Below are positions 7,869 through 16,315 of a DNA stretch of 36,732 bases, one piece after another. Position numbers and translations under genes: made by a program. The notes beneath the pieces are model-generated. The model was not told the origin of the DNA and did not search any database. It saw only the letters and a program-made list of their open reading frames with translations. Origin of the DNA: a virus (taxonomy: Duplodnaviria > Caudoviricetes). The DNA lies in the IMG/VR virus record IMGVR_UViG_3300004106_000005, positions 1-36,732 of that record, one strand, 5' to 3'. Each line of letters begins with the position of its first letter. Positions within the stretch are counted from its first letter, which is position 1.

Positions 7869-10433
7869 TTATACAATATAAGATTGTATACGTCCAGTAT
7901 TTTGTTCGTCGTCTTCTATTTCCCAAATATTTGAATCTTTCTTTGTTACAATAGGTACTTCTTCACTTGGTCGCCACACTACTAAACAGCCCAACATAGA
8001 TATTGTATCTATGCAGTCGTCATGTTTACTCTTAAAACCTGCTGGACTTGCTAGTGCTAGTTCATTTTCGTATTCTTGTATGATAGATGTTTGTCTTTTT
8101 TCAGTAGGGAAAAAGATATTATGTGCTTTAAAATGTGGAACCATGACATTAAACCTAACCATCTTGTTCGTATTGGGTCTAATCCCAGGTTGCCCATGAT
8201 TGCTGTCACTGGCTAGAGTAAAGAATATATTTTTATCCATCATTTGACTCTGAATCCATGGAATAAACCCGCCTTGCTGACCGCTAACTTCAATTCCTAC
8301 AGCCTGCGGTTTCCATTTTTGAGCCAGTCTAAATAGTTCATCCATATTCTTACCCATATTCTGCTTTGCACATACCCCGTCAACCCAAAACCATTGCCCT
8401 AGATGATTTAAAGCCCATACAGCAATTACAGAATAGTCACTAGCTTCTTTGTCGCTTGTTGCAAAGTCAGTAGTAATATAAAAATTGAAAGCACCCTTTC
8501 TCTTTAAGAGTGACTCGTAGCTATACCAGCCTATCTCATTGTCGAAGACTAGCCTATCTTCATCTGACATAATTCTCAACATTAACTCCTGGTTAAAGTT
8601 AGCAGGTAACCCTAGAGCTTGCGCTTCATTGTACTCATCTAAAACATATTCATATGTAAATCTATCTTCCCAACTGCCTTTAAAATTATTCTTATCAACA
8701 GGAAAATGTTCACAAATAGGAAATACACTTACCCCCCAAGCTCCTGATTCGACTGCTTTATACAATGGGTCACGAGCATTAAATGGAGTGCCCAGCCAAA
8801 TCATTTTTTGCTTAGTAGGACTGAGTGCTTTTGACACAGCTTTATAGACAGTATTTTCTATTGTCTTGATAATTGTTTGGGATTCAGCATCAGTATCACT
8901 AATCAAGTCATCAAGAATAGCCACTGTTGGGCGTTGCCCAAGTTCTTTTGCACCACGTACCCCTGTATTATGTGTTCTAATAAAATCATTTACTATAAAT
9001 TCCTGTAAATCTCCAGAAACAGCTATACACTGGCTAGGCTCGTCAGGGATTCTTTCGATGCTAGTGATTGCCACTAATGGTTTAAACCCAGCAGAAGTGA
9101 ATCTACAGGCTTTTTCCGCTAGTCTAAACGGATTTATAGAAATCCATATTTCAATTTTATATGTTTTCTTTAATTTTCTCTTTTTTGCGGTACCTCCAAG
9201 ACTACGCACTAAAAATGACACATCATCAACTAGTTTTTCTGAATTGCTGCAGAAATATATTTTTCTATTTTTCCATATTGAACCAGAAGAATCCATTAAA
9301 CCCCGTAGTAACTGCACTCTTTGTGCTGCTGACCCTATTAAGTAATTTTTAGGAGTGAATCTGTTACCAGTATGGTTTGTTAAGGTTAAGCTTTTATTGG
9401 TTTTACCTGCTAAACCAACACCTAATAATAATCCTAACGTGTAAGGGTCAGTTGTATACACTTGATCTGGAAAATGCACTACGTTAGTGTTTTCTATAAA
9501 GAAAAGATTTCCATGTGAAGTATTGGTACATTTATCTTTCCATTCCCTATTTTTAATACGCTGTAGTTTTAGTAAGTTTTTTGTGGTTAAGACTGCCTTA
9601 GCATAGCTGACTTTACTATTTTGGTTTAGCCTTAAAATTACACTATTTAGATGGTCTTCACATACTTTTACATAACGTCCATCTTCTAGTGAAATTTTAT
9701 ACATTGGACGGTTAAATATTTCACTTTTACCAATTACTGTAACATAGTTAGGGGAGTCTTTACTAGCAGAGTTGCCTGGATTAACCACACAGTCACCTAT
9801 CTGTACTTCAGTAATTAGTTTTTGTGTACCATCTGCCATTAGCGTTAAAGTGTCTAAACTAAGTGCTTTTGCTCCATACCCTTTAACAACGAGATTGTGC
9901 CCTTTATTATTTTTAAATTCTAAACGAATATCTGTAAATTTTCTACCATTGCCGCTTTGTTCATCATATTTAGCTGTGTTAACAAAACCACTACCATCAG
10001 TTCCCATGCTAATTCTTTGATTGGGAATCATTTTTTGTAAGAATTCACTTTCATTATAGCGAAATTCTACATTACGCCTAAGGTTTTTAACTCCATTTTC
10101 AATACTGTCTGTGACATATAAAATAAGGTTAGTTTTGCCAAAACCAGGCAAATAACCAAATGCTGCAATAAAAAGAACCAGGTATTCTCCGAATAAAGTT
10201 GTTTTACCCACACCACGATGGCAAAGGATAGCACATCGTTTGTTAAGGTTAAACACATTATCCATCATTACCAAGTGTACTAGTGGAGTTTCATTCTCTT
10301 CTGCACCTCCATTTACTTCTTTAATAAAGTTTACGAATAGCAGAGCTTCAGCAGTAGGCATGTAACCAGCAAAGGTATAGTCTACGGTGTTAAGCCACTC
10401 TTCCACAGTTTTCTTCTCGTACTTAGTTTTCAC
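7869..10433 (-). CDS. terL: Terminase large subunit (N4 gp68-like) containing a 300-aa intein
   Basis: HRGVGKTT Walker A, AILDD Walker B, WLGTPF coupling motif, nuclease YITTDFATS...DYSVI and KHDDCID; 554 aa after intein removal. Confidence 0.95.
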   Translation of the reverse strand: MKTKYEKKTVEEWLNTVDYTFAGYMPTAEALLFVNFIKEVNGGAEENETPLVHLVMMDNVFNLNKRCAILCHRGVGKTTLFGEYLVLFIAAFGYLPGFGKTNLILYVTDSIENGVKNLRRNVEFRYNESEFLQKMIPNQRISMGTDGSGFVNTAKYDEQSGNGRKFTDIRLEFKNNKGHNLVVKGYGAKALSLDTLTLMADGTQKLITEVQIGDCVVNPGNSASKDSPNYVTVIGKSEIFNRPMYKISLEDGRYVKVCEDHLNSVILRLNQNSKVSYAKAVLTTKNLLKLQRIKNREWKDKCTNTSHGNLFFIENTNVVHFPDQVYTTDPYTLGLLLGVGLAGKTNKSLTLTNHTGNRFTPKNYLIGSAAQRVQLLRGLMDSSGSIWKNRKIYFCSNSEKLVDDVSFLVRSLGGTAKKRKLKKTYKIEIWISINPFRLAEKACRFTSAGFKPLVAITSIERIPDEPSQCIAVSGDLQEFIVNDFIRTHNTGVRGAKELGQRPTVAILDDLISDTDAESQTIIKTIENTVYKAVSKALSPTKQKMIWLGTPFNARDPLYKAVESGAWGVSVFPICEHFPVDKNNFKGSWEDRFTYEYVLDEYNEAQALGLPANFNQELMLRIMSDEDRLVFDNEIGWYSYESLLKRKGAFNFYITTDFATSDKEASDYSVIAVWALNHLGQWFWVDGVCAKQNMGKNMDELFRLAQKWKPQAVGIEVSGQQGGFIPWIQSQMMDKNIFFTLASDSNHGQPGIRPNTNKMVRFNVMVPHFKAHNIFFPTEKRQTSIIQEYENELALASPAGFKSKHDDCIDTISMLGCLVVWRPSEEVPIVTKKDSNIWEIEDDEQNTGRIQSYIV
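8967..9866 (-). mobile_element. Ala1 (class 3-type) intein with degenerate LAGLIDADG homing endonuclease
   Basis: GYGAK|ALSLDT...(block B VKVCEDHL)...SQCIAV...FIRTHN|TGVRG; removal joins GYGAK-TGVRG; LAGLIDADG remnants PYTLGLLLGVG and LLRGLMDSSG. Confidence 0.92.
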
Positions 10434-11119
10434 TGGATAGCCTGTTCTTCAGTTGATTTTATAGTGGCATTAGTAATCATTTTTAAGTCACCTCCAGCAC
10501 TAATCAGCTCTTGCTGCTTTTCTACCATTAAGCGCATAGCTTTTTCATAGTCTTCAATGATCTCACCTCTATTTATTCCAATGTCTAATTCTATTTTTTG
10601 AGTTTCTGGTCGCTTCAACGCGGCTAAGATATTGTTAGCAGATTCACATCTTACTTTCTCACTGTTAGCGTTAAGCATTAAATCGCTTAAAACATTCAAT
10701 GCTTGTTGGTACATCGGTGCATTTAATATGTGTGATGGAATTATGGTTTGCTCCATAATTGCCATTACTAATTTACTTTTGTGGTATGCAGTGCAGTAAC
10801 TTGCAATATCTTTACTATTAACACCATCAGCCAAGAACTGAGCATACTTATCAGGGAATGTTTTTGTGTAGGCTTCAATATTAGTTGACCCCATTAGTTT
10901 AAAACTTACATATTTAACTGCACTGATATAGTTGGACATTTTATACTTTCCTGTGTTGAGCACAGTAGCATAATCCAACAGATTATCTTTAAACGCAGCA
11001 AGTATTTCAGGATGCCCTAAGGTATTGTTAATTTGATCCAGCAGATTCTGGTTAACATTCTTACGCATAACTGCAGGAAGAGCTTGTTGGAATACCTCCA
11101 TCGTCAGTGGTTCATCCAT
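10430..11119 (-). CDS. terS: Terminase small subunit (N4 gp69-like)
   Basis: Y..AVKYVS.KLMG..N.EAY.KTFP..Y and SEKVR...AN..L..LKRPE motifs; immediately upstream of terL. Confidence 0.8.
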   Translation of the reverse strand: MDEPLTMEVFQQALPAVMRKNVNQNLLDQINNTLGHPEILAAFKDNLLDYATVLNTGKYKMSNYISAVKYVSFKLMGSTNIEAYTKTFPDKYAQFLADGVNSKDIASYCTAYHKSKLVMAIMEQTIIPSHILNAPMYQQALNVLSDLMLNANSEKVRCESANNILAALKRPETQKIELDIGINRGEIIEDYEKAMRLMVEKQQELISAGGDLKMITNATIKSTEEQAIQ

Positions 11120-11369
11120 GTGTAGATACCTCTTTGTTTTGCTGTACTACTTGTTGACTACACTGTTCAGCTAGTTTTAAATACCTTAGTGCAGTTTGAT
11201 GACGACTTTCTCCGTTAAACTTTTGTGAAACTGTCATTAACAGTTCATTATATTTAAATTCTAATTCTTGCTCCCTTTTAGTCTTAGCTTTTGTAATATT
11301 ACTTAATTCTATAAATAGTTTGTCTATAGTTGGTGTTGATAACTCAACAGTTTTAAGTTTATTACACAT
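11112..11369 (-). CDS. Hypothetical phage protein (85 aa)
   Basis: ATG at 11369 with GGAGG SD, preferred over the ORF-track start at 11408; ELLM.V..KF.GESRHQTALRY motif common in phage accessory proteins. Confidence 0.65.
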   Translation of the reverse strand: MCNKLKTVELSTPTIDKLFIELSNITKAKTKREQELEFKYNELLMTVSQKFNGESRHQTALRYLKLAEQCSQQVVQQNKEVSTHG

Positions 11370-11473
11370 AATACCTCCATCTAATGTAAAAGTTACACTT
11401 AATAGCATAAGCCACTATAGCTTTGCTTATTAGTGTGTAAGTAAGCATATTATAACACTTATTCATACTAAGT

Positions 11474-11557
11474 AGAATATAATTTCAACTTCCACCAAGA
11501 ACTGGCGCACTACGCTTCGCTTCGTGCTTGCTCTCGTGGAAGTTGAAATTATATTCT
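11474..11557. repeat. 22-bp perfect inverted repeat with GC-rich 40-nt spacer
   Basis: AGAATATAATTTCAACTTCCAC (11474-11495) / GTGGAAGTTGAAATTATATTCT (11536-11557). Confidence 0.95.
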
Positions 11558-11634
11558 TTTATCTCTATTAAGTACCACAGTGTGGTATAATTTAATCATT
11601 TGATTAAATATCAAAACCTATACTCTAAGTTTTT

Positions 11635-11751
11635 TTAGAAATTATGCCCTGGAAATCTTTGAACCATAGAAATAAACCAATCACCCGGAGTCATATCTGT
11701 GACTGTGTTAGCAATAATTTTATCTTGTGAGTAAATGATTAAGTAATACAT
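11635..11751 (-). CDS. Small hypothetical protein (38 aa, MYYLIIYSQDK...)
   Basis: Strong AAGGAGG SD before the ATG; overlaps the end of the upstream gene. Confidence 0.45.
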   Translation of the reverse strand: MYYLIIYSQDKIIANTVTDMTPGDWFISMVQRFPGHNF

Positions 11752-11921
11752 TGTAATTCCTCCTTTAAGTGGTTTCTACGTAGTTGTGAGGTTAGATGCC
11801 AATAGTTACACTTCGGGCACTTATAAATTCTATATTTTTTATTTAATTTACTACTGATAAATATTTTAAATACTTTTGCTTGTTGTTTAGTTTTAAAGTA
11901 TCTTTTTTCTTCACATTCCAC
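11739..11921 (-). CDS. Small zinc-ribbon protein
   Basis: C..K..F.T...A...Y.CPKC.YWHLTS motif; GTG start with AAGGAG SD. Confidence 0.65.
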   Translation of the reverse strand: MECEEKRYFKTKQQAKVFKIFISSKLNKKYRIYKCPKCNYWHLTSQLRRNHLKEELQCIT

Positions 11922-11933
11922 AGTGTTACTCCT

Positions 11934-12353
11934 TTATGACAGTGAATTCCACTTAGCTTGTACCTTATCGTAAACTTCTGCATTAGGAATGAATGCTTTA
12001 GGGTTAATCATGTAATGCTGCTTTGAAACTCTTTTAATTAAACCAAGTAAATTTAACTCTTTATATGCAATAGTTATCTTTTTTGCTTCAAGGTGGTCTT
12101 TAGCTTCGAATACACAAATATTAGTGTCTAAGTCTCTTACTTTAAGCAATCCCCACCAGAACCATGTTGATTGCTTAGATAAATCTTGTAATAGGCTGTA
12201 TAAATTACAAAATCCTTTTATTTTTGTTGAATATGACATTTCTCCTCCTATTTTTTGAAACGATGGAGTTTTATATTGATTTTTAGTTTTAGTTATGGTA
12301 ACTCTATCACCGTTCCTCACCTCTGCTAAAAGTTTTAACCCCTCATCGTTCAT
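11934..12353 (-). CDS. RepL-like winged helix-turn-helix DNA-binding protein
   Basis: C-terminal AYKEL...GLIKRV....YMINP pattern resembles RepL/wHTH proteins; AAGGAG SD. Confidence 0.55.
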   Translation of the reverse strand: MNDEGLKLLAEVRNGDRVTITKTKNQYKTPSFQKIGGEMSYSTKIKGFCNLYSLLQDLSKQSTWFWWGLLKVRDLDTNICVFEAKDHLEAKKITIAYKELNLLGLIKRVSKQHYMINPKAFIPNAEVYDKVQAKWNSLS

Positions 12354-12574
12354 CTGTTATATCTCCTTGTTAAATCCAGTATACAAACTCCCCAAAAAAT
12401 GGGCAATATCTTTTTTATAATCCCCAAAAAAAGGGGATTTATAATGAGCTAAGTATTTAATATTATTATACTAAAATTGCTAGATATCTATATAAGGAAC
12501 AAAGGAGAGTAATTTCAGATAGAGGATTGGAGGAAGGTACTTATTTTTATTTTTTATTTTTATACGCTAAATTT

Positions 12575-12619
12575 TTTTTATTTTACGTGTAAATTTTATT
12601 TTTATTTTACGTGTAAATT
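12575..12619. repeat. Direct repeat (24-nt period) of TTTTTATTTTACGTGTAAATT in a T-rich tract
   Basis: Copies at 12575-12595 and 12599-12619, each with a TTTAC-GT-GTAAA dyad; a degenerate third copy lies just upstream. Confidence 0.85.
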
Positions 12620-12715
12620 CAGTACTATATAGTCGCCATTACAAATCTTGAGTATCCCCCCTACCTCTTACAAAAACAGCCTCACGTTTTTACAAGCAAG
12701 AAACTACAACAACAC

Positions 12716-12736
12716 AAGCTATCGCTTAACGGTGAA
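12716..12736 (+). promoter_or_regulatory. Candidate virion-RNAP hairpin promoter P1
   Basis: AAGC-TATC-GCTT-AAC-GGTGAA; same core as 13178; precedes the first rightward gene. Confidence 0.6.
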
Positions 12737-12779
12737 TGGCAATCCTGCTATTTATAATGTCTACCTAGGAGACACGCAC

Positions 12780-13013
12780 ATGGACACGACTCAATCTCAA
12801 TCAGTTCTGGCTCAAATCAGACAGGCTTGTAACGCTTGCCTACAGGCTGTAATCACCACAGCTAATACCACAAATGTCATTGCCGGTGTCGGTCATGACG
12901 TGGCAAGTATTGGAAAACAAATCAGTGAGACTGGTTTGGTACGTGCCAATTTTATCAATAAAATCCAACAGTTAGAATTAGAAAAAGAATTCTCTGCGAT
13001 GCTCAATCAGTAG
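12780..13013 (+). CDS. Early protein 1 (77 aa, MDTTQSQSV...)
   Basis: ATG at 12780 with AGGAG SD, preferred over the TTG at 12648; first gene after P1. Confidence 0.7.
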   Translation: MDTTQSQSVLAQIRQACNACLQAVITTANTTNVIAGVGHDVASIGKQISETGLVRANFINKIQQLELEKEFSAMLNQ

Positions 13014-13026
13014 TCAAAACCGATAT

Positions 13027-13065
13027 ATGACCTGTATCTTAATTGATACAGGTCATCTAATTTTC
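13027..13065 (+). terminator. Hairpin/terminator after early gene 1
   Basis: ATGACCTGTATC-TTAATT-GATACAGGTCAT 12-bp stem, followed by CTAATTTTC. Confidence 0.65.
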
Positions 13066-13177
13066 ACCAACTACCACAACACATATCTGCTACGACACAA
13101 CTTGTTAGATAGTCTGTCTTCGAAAGGTAGTTCTTCTTCCGTCCACTTCTTTCCACTTTTTAATTATTCATGGTTCG

Positions 13178-13199
13178 TACGCTATCGCGTAACAGTGAA
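13178..13199 (+). promoter_or_regulatory. Candidate virion-RNAP hairpin promoter P2
   Basis: TACGC-TATC-GCGTA-AC-AGTGAA; stem covaries relative to P1 while loop and downstream bases are conserved. Confidence 0.6.
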
Positions 13200-13245
13200 G
13201 TGCTGCATTGGGTAGCACTATAACCATATCCTAGGAGGTAGTTCT

Positions 13246-13545
13246 ATGGCAACAAGACCTGGTTTTACAAAGAATGAGAATACACCTGTCAAAGAGTCCA
13301 AAGTTAGGGCATATGTAAATTGGGTTGCTCTTAACAGGGCAGGGGAGAAGTCACCTCTTAAATCAGAAAGAGGATTTGTCATTTTCAATCCAGATGCCAA
13401 ATATCCTAATGCTGCAGAGGACAAGTTAGTGAAGTTTGCTACACAGAATGGTGGCTCTGTTACTCTTATGATGGAAGTGAGAGTAACGTTAGCAGCAGCG
13501 AGAGTCAATACAGATGAGCTTGATTTGGCTGATTTCGCTTATTAA
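13246..13545 (+). CDS. N4 gp2/Drc-like ssDNA-binding RNAP II cofactor
   Basis: AYVNW resembles the Drc AYLNF and gp2 FWLNI strands; acidic/aromatic C-terminus; second early gene; AGGAGG SD. Confidence 0.6.
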   Translation: MATRPGFTKNENTPVKESKVRAYVNWVALNRAGEKSPLKSERGFVIFNPDAKYPNAAEDKLVKFATQNGGSVTLMMEVRVTLAAARVNTDELDLADFAY

Positions 13546-13548
13546 CAA

Positions 13549-13584
13549 ATAGGTTACCTCTTAATTGGGGTAACCTATCTTTTC
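13549..13584 (+). terminator. Intrinsic terminator after gp2-like gene
   Basis: ATAGGTTACCTC-TTAATT-GGGGTAACCTAT followed by CTTTTC. Confidence 0.75.
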
Positions 13585-13603
13585 ATTACCAAAGGAGATA
13601 GCC

Positions 13604-13693
13604 ATGCAAGAAAATGATGATGTAGTAATAGCTGACATTATTAAACAATTAGACCAAGAATTAAATGGTTGGATTATATCTTATGAGGGGTAA
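13604..13693 (+). CDS. Small acidic early peptide (29 aa)
   Basis: AAGGAG SD, ATG CAA GAA..., tightly packed with the next ORF. Confidence 0.5.
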   Translation: MQENDDVVIADIIKQLDQELNGWIISYEG

Positions 13694-13697
13694 CCAT

Positions 13698-13793
13698 ATG
13701 AAAATATGCACTAAAGAACAGTTTAAGCTGCTACTAGTAACTGTTGTAATAATAACAGCTTATACAATAGTAGGAATCATAGAACATATGTAA
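13698..13793 (+). CDS. Small single-TM early peptide (31 aa)
   Basis: GAGGGG SD; hydrophobic LLLVTVVIITAYTIVGII. Confidence 0.5.
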   Translation: MKICTKEQFKLLLVTVVIITAYTIVGIIEHM

Positions 13794-13847
13794 TCATACA
13801 AGAGCCTGCATACATTGTAGGCTCATTACTTTAGTGGGAGGATAGTC

Positions 13848-13985
13848 ATGACTAAGAAACATGCTATTACCATACTGATGCTTAGTAAGTGTTATTGGAA
13901 CAACACTATTAAGCAACGTAACAGTTTAGTTAAATACTTTATTAAACTATTCACCAATAAGGAGATACACTATGTTAACCCCTGA
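13848..13985 (+). CDS. Small basic early protein (45 aa)
   Basis: GGGAGG SD; overlaps the RNAP subunit start. Confidence 0.55.
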   Translation: MTKKHAITILMLSKCYWNNTIKQRNSLVKYFIKLFTNKEIHYVNP

Positions 13986-14781
13986 GGAGTTATGGCTAAC
14001 CAATTATATTCAACATAACTGGTTAGCCGAGATAGACATAGCCAGGCATGATTTACAAGAATATGTAAACGGTTCATATTGGGAAAGTAAGAACAACCGT
14101 ATAGCTCAATGGAATCCTGATTATGACGAGCTATGTGATTTAGTCACAATAGTATTTACTATCACCTTATTAAATGCAACTCTGTCATATCAAGCTATTA
14201 CTGGGATGGTAGCTAGCAGGATACCTAATGTAAATAAATTAGACGCAGCTAGAATTGCAGCAGAAGTAATAGCTGTAATAAGTTATTCTGGTTTAATTAA
14301 AATAGAACGCAGAGGGTATGGTAAGAGTATTCTGGTTTATACAGAGTACAGTATAACTACTTCTATACCAGTTGTAGATTTACATAGTCCTGAAGACACA
14401 CCAATTACAGTAAAGAGTAATACAGGGTGTTTCTTAGGTGCTAGTGAAAATTATCACACTTCTACTATCTGTTTAGACCACTTAAACAGGATGAATAATA
14501 TTATGCTGTCATTAGATAGTGAATTTCTTAGAAGGCATAAAGAATGCCCAACCTTTATAATGGACACACCAGATAAAGAGCAGCAATGGCATAAATTCTA
14601 CACAGATAGCTATCAAATGTATGACAAAGTTATTAGGAATGGCAATAAATTCTATCTAAACCATAAGTATGACGCAAGAGGCAGAACTTATTGCGGTGGG
14701 TATTACATTAACTATCAAGGAGCCAGTTTTAAGAAAGCTATCATTCAACTGGCTAATAAGGAGAAACTTAATAAGTGTTAA
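13972..14781 (+). CDS. RNA polymerase II subunit 1 (N4 gp15-like, T7-type N-terminal part)
   Basis: ICLDHLNRMN and FYL.HKYD.RGRTY..GYYINYQG motifs. Confidence 0.93.
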   Translation: MLTPEELWLTNYIQHNWLAEIDIARHDLQEYVNGSYWESKNNRIAQWNPDYDELCDLVTIVFTITLLNATLSYQAITGMVASRIPNVNKLDAARIAAEVIAVISYSGLIKIERRGYGKSILVYTEYSITTSIPVVDLHSPEDTPITVKSNTGCFLGASENYHTSTICLDHLNRMNNIMLSLDSEFLRRHKECPTFIMDTPDKEQQWHKFYTDSYQMYDKVIRNGNKFYLNHKYDARGRTYCGGYYINYQGASFKKAIIQLANKEKLNKC

Positions 14782-14796
14782 TATAAGGAGTAATTT

Positions 14797-15996
14797 ATGA
14801 GAGAATACAGCCCATTAGACTATATTAAGATAGACATTGCTAATCATTTTGGAAAAGATAAAGAGCAATTTGAAGATAGAATAGAATGGGTTAATGAGAA
14901 TAGCCCTATTCTTGAATTATATGCTGAACAAGCAGCAGACCCATACAGATATGTAGCAGCAGTAGCTGCTTATAGAGATGCCCAAAAAGATATACCAATC
15001 GGATATTTAGTAGGTATGGATGCATGTTCTAGTGGCCCACAAATCCTTGCTGTTCTAAGTGGCTGTAAGATTACTGCTGAGAGCACTGGATTGATTGGGG
15101 ATAGACGAGTAGATTTATACTCAAAATGCACAGATGTAATGAACAGTTATCTCACTGCAGATGTAAGCATACCCAGAGACACCGTAAAATCAACTCTAAT
15201 GCCTTGTTTCTATGGAAGTAGGGCTAAACCCATTGAAATATTTGGAGAGCACACAGAAGAGTTGGCAGCGTTTTACGCAGCAAGGGAGGTTGTTGCTCCC
15301 GGAGCGTGTAGTTTAATCTCTATATTTACAGATGCGTGGCGAGCAGATGCTTTATTTCATAAATGGATACTGCCAGATGGGCATACTGCCTATATTCCTG
15401 TAATGCAGATGTGTGAAAGTAAGATTGAAGTAGCAGAGTTGGGCAAAGCAGCATTTGCATATCGATTTAACGCAAATATAGGCTCTAAGAGAGGCATTAG
15501 CCTAGCTGCCAATATAACACACTCAGTAGATGGATTTATCGTTAGAGAGCTTTGTAGAAGGTGTAACTACAATAGGAGTAATCTTGAACGTGTGTTGGAG
15601 CTGTTACAGTCGAGGAAATCTGCTGAATATAGCGCACACAGATTAAGCCAGTTGTATGAGAATACTCAAATAATGTCTCTTATAGGTATCGAGTATATTG
15701 ATGAGGATACTTTAAATAGCTTTTCTAATATTTATTTAGAAGACTTGAAGACACTTATCGAAGATACACTAAATAGACCTTCATTCGAAGTGCTAACTAT
15801 TCATGATGAGTTTAAATGCCATCCAAATTACATGAATTATGTGCGGAAAACATATATTGAAATTATGGCTGAGTTGGCAGAATCAGAACTTTTAACAAGT
15901 ATTCTAACATCTATCTATCAAACATATACTAAGTTTGTAAAATACTCAGATGATCTGGGAGAACTAATTAGAAGTTCTGAATATCCACTAAGCTAA
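14797..15996 (+). CDS. RNA polymerase II subunit 2 (N4 gp16-like, catalytic part)
   Basis: Motif A GMDACSSGPQ, motif B R..VK..LM..FYGS, ANITHSVDG, motif C TIHDEF. Confidence 0.95.
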   Translation: MREYSPLDYIKIDIANHFGKDKEQFEDRIEWVNENSPILELYAEQAADPYRYVAAVAAYRDAQKDIPIGYLVGMDACSSGPQILAVLSGCKITAESTGLIGDRRVDLYSKCTDVMNSYLTADVSIPRDTVKSTLMPCFYGSRAKPIEIFGEHTEELAAFYAAREVVAPGACSLISIFTDAWRADALFHKWILPDGHTAYIPVMQMCESKIEVAELGKAAFAYRFNANIGSKRGISLAANITHSVDGFIVRELCRRCNYNRSNLERVLELLQSRKSAEYSAHRLSQLYENTQIMSLIGIEYIDEDTLNSFSNIYLEDLKTLIEDTLNRPSFEVLTIHDEFKCHPNYMNYVRKTYIEIMAELAESELLTSILTSIYQTYTKFVKYSDDLGELIRSSEYPLS

Positions 15997-16001
15997 TTAG
16001 T

Positions 16002-16062
16002 AAAAAACAAGACAAAGCCACTTTAGCAACCTTCGGTTGTTGGGGTGGTTTTTGTTTTTTTG
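16002..16062 (+). terminator. Long intrinsic terminator after RNAP II
   Basis: CAAAGCCACTTTAGCAACC-TTC-GGTTGTTGGGGTGGTTTTTG with many G-U pairs, followed by a T7 run. Confidence 0.85.
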
Positions 16063-16315
16063 TACCACAATGTAAACATAAAGATAAAAATACAAAAAGT
16101 TGAAACCGATATACTAAAAAATCAAAAATAGCCATTTTTTACTATATAACACCGATACTCTAAGGGCTAATTTTGGCTAATTTAGTATATAGTCAAAAAG
16201 AGGATTTTAATTAAAAAAGACTCATATATGTAAACTTTGAGACATTAAAGAGAACTTTATTTACTTTAACAGATAAAGTTTAAGCCATTAACTTTAATAA
16301 TAAAGGACACCAGTT

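Noticed and set aside
1039-10020. Plus-strand ORFs antisense to the portal, fibre and terminase genes
   Set aside because: Shadow ORFs of long, well-supported minus-strand genes, with no recognisable motifs
13027-13215. 62-aa ORF, and an ATGACCTGT match to my recollection of the N4 middle-promoter box
   Set aside because: The ORF has no SD and spans a terminator and P2; the single 9-nt match lies inside a terminator stem and does not recur before middle genes
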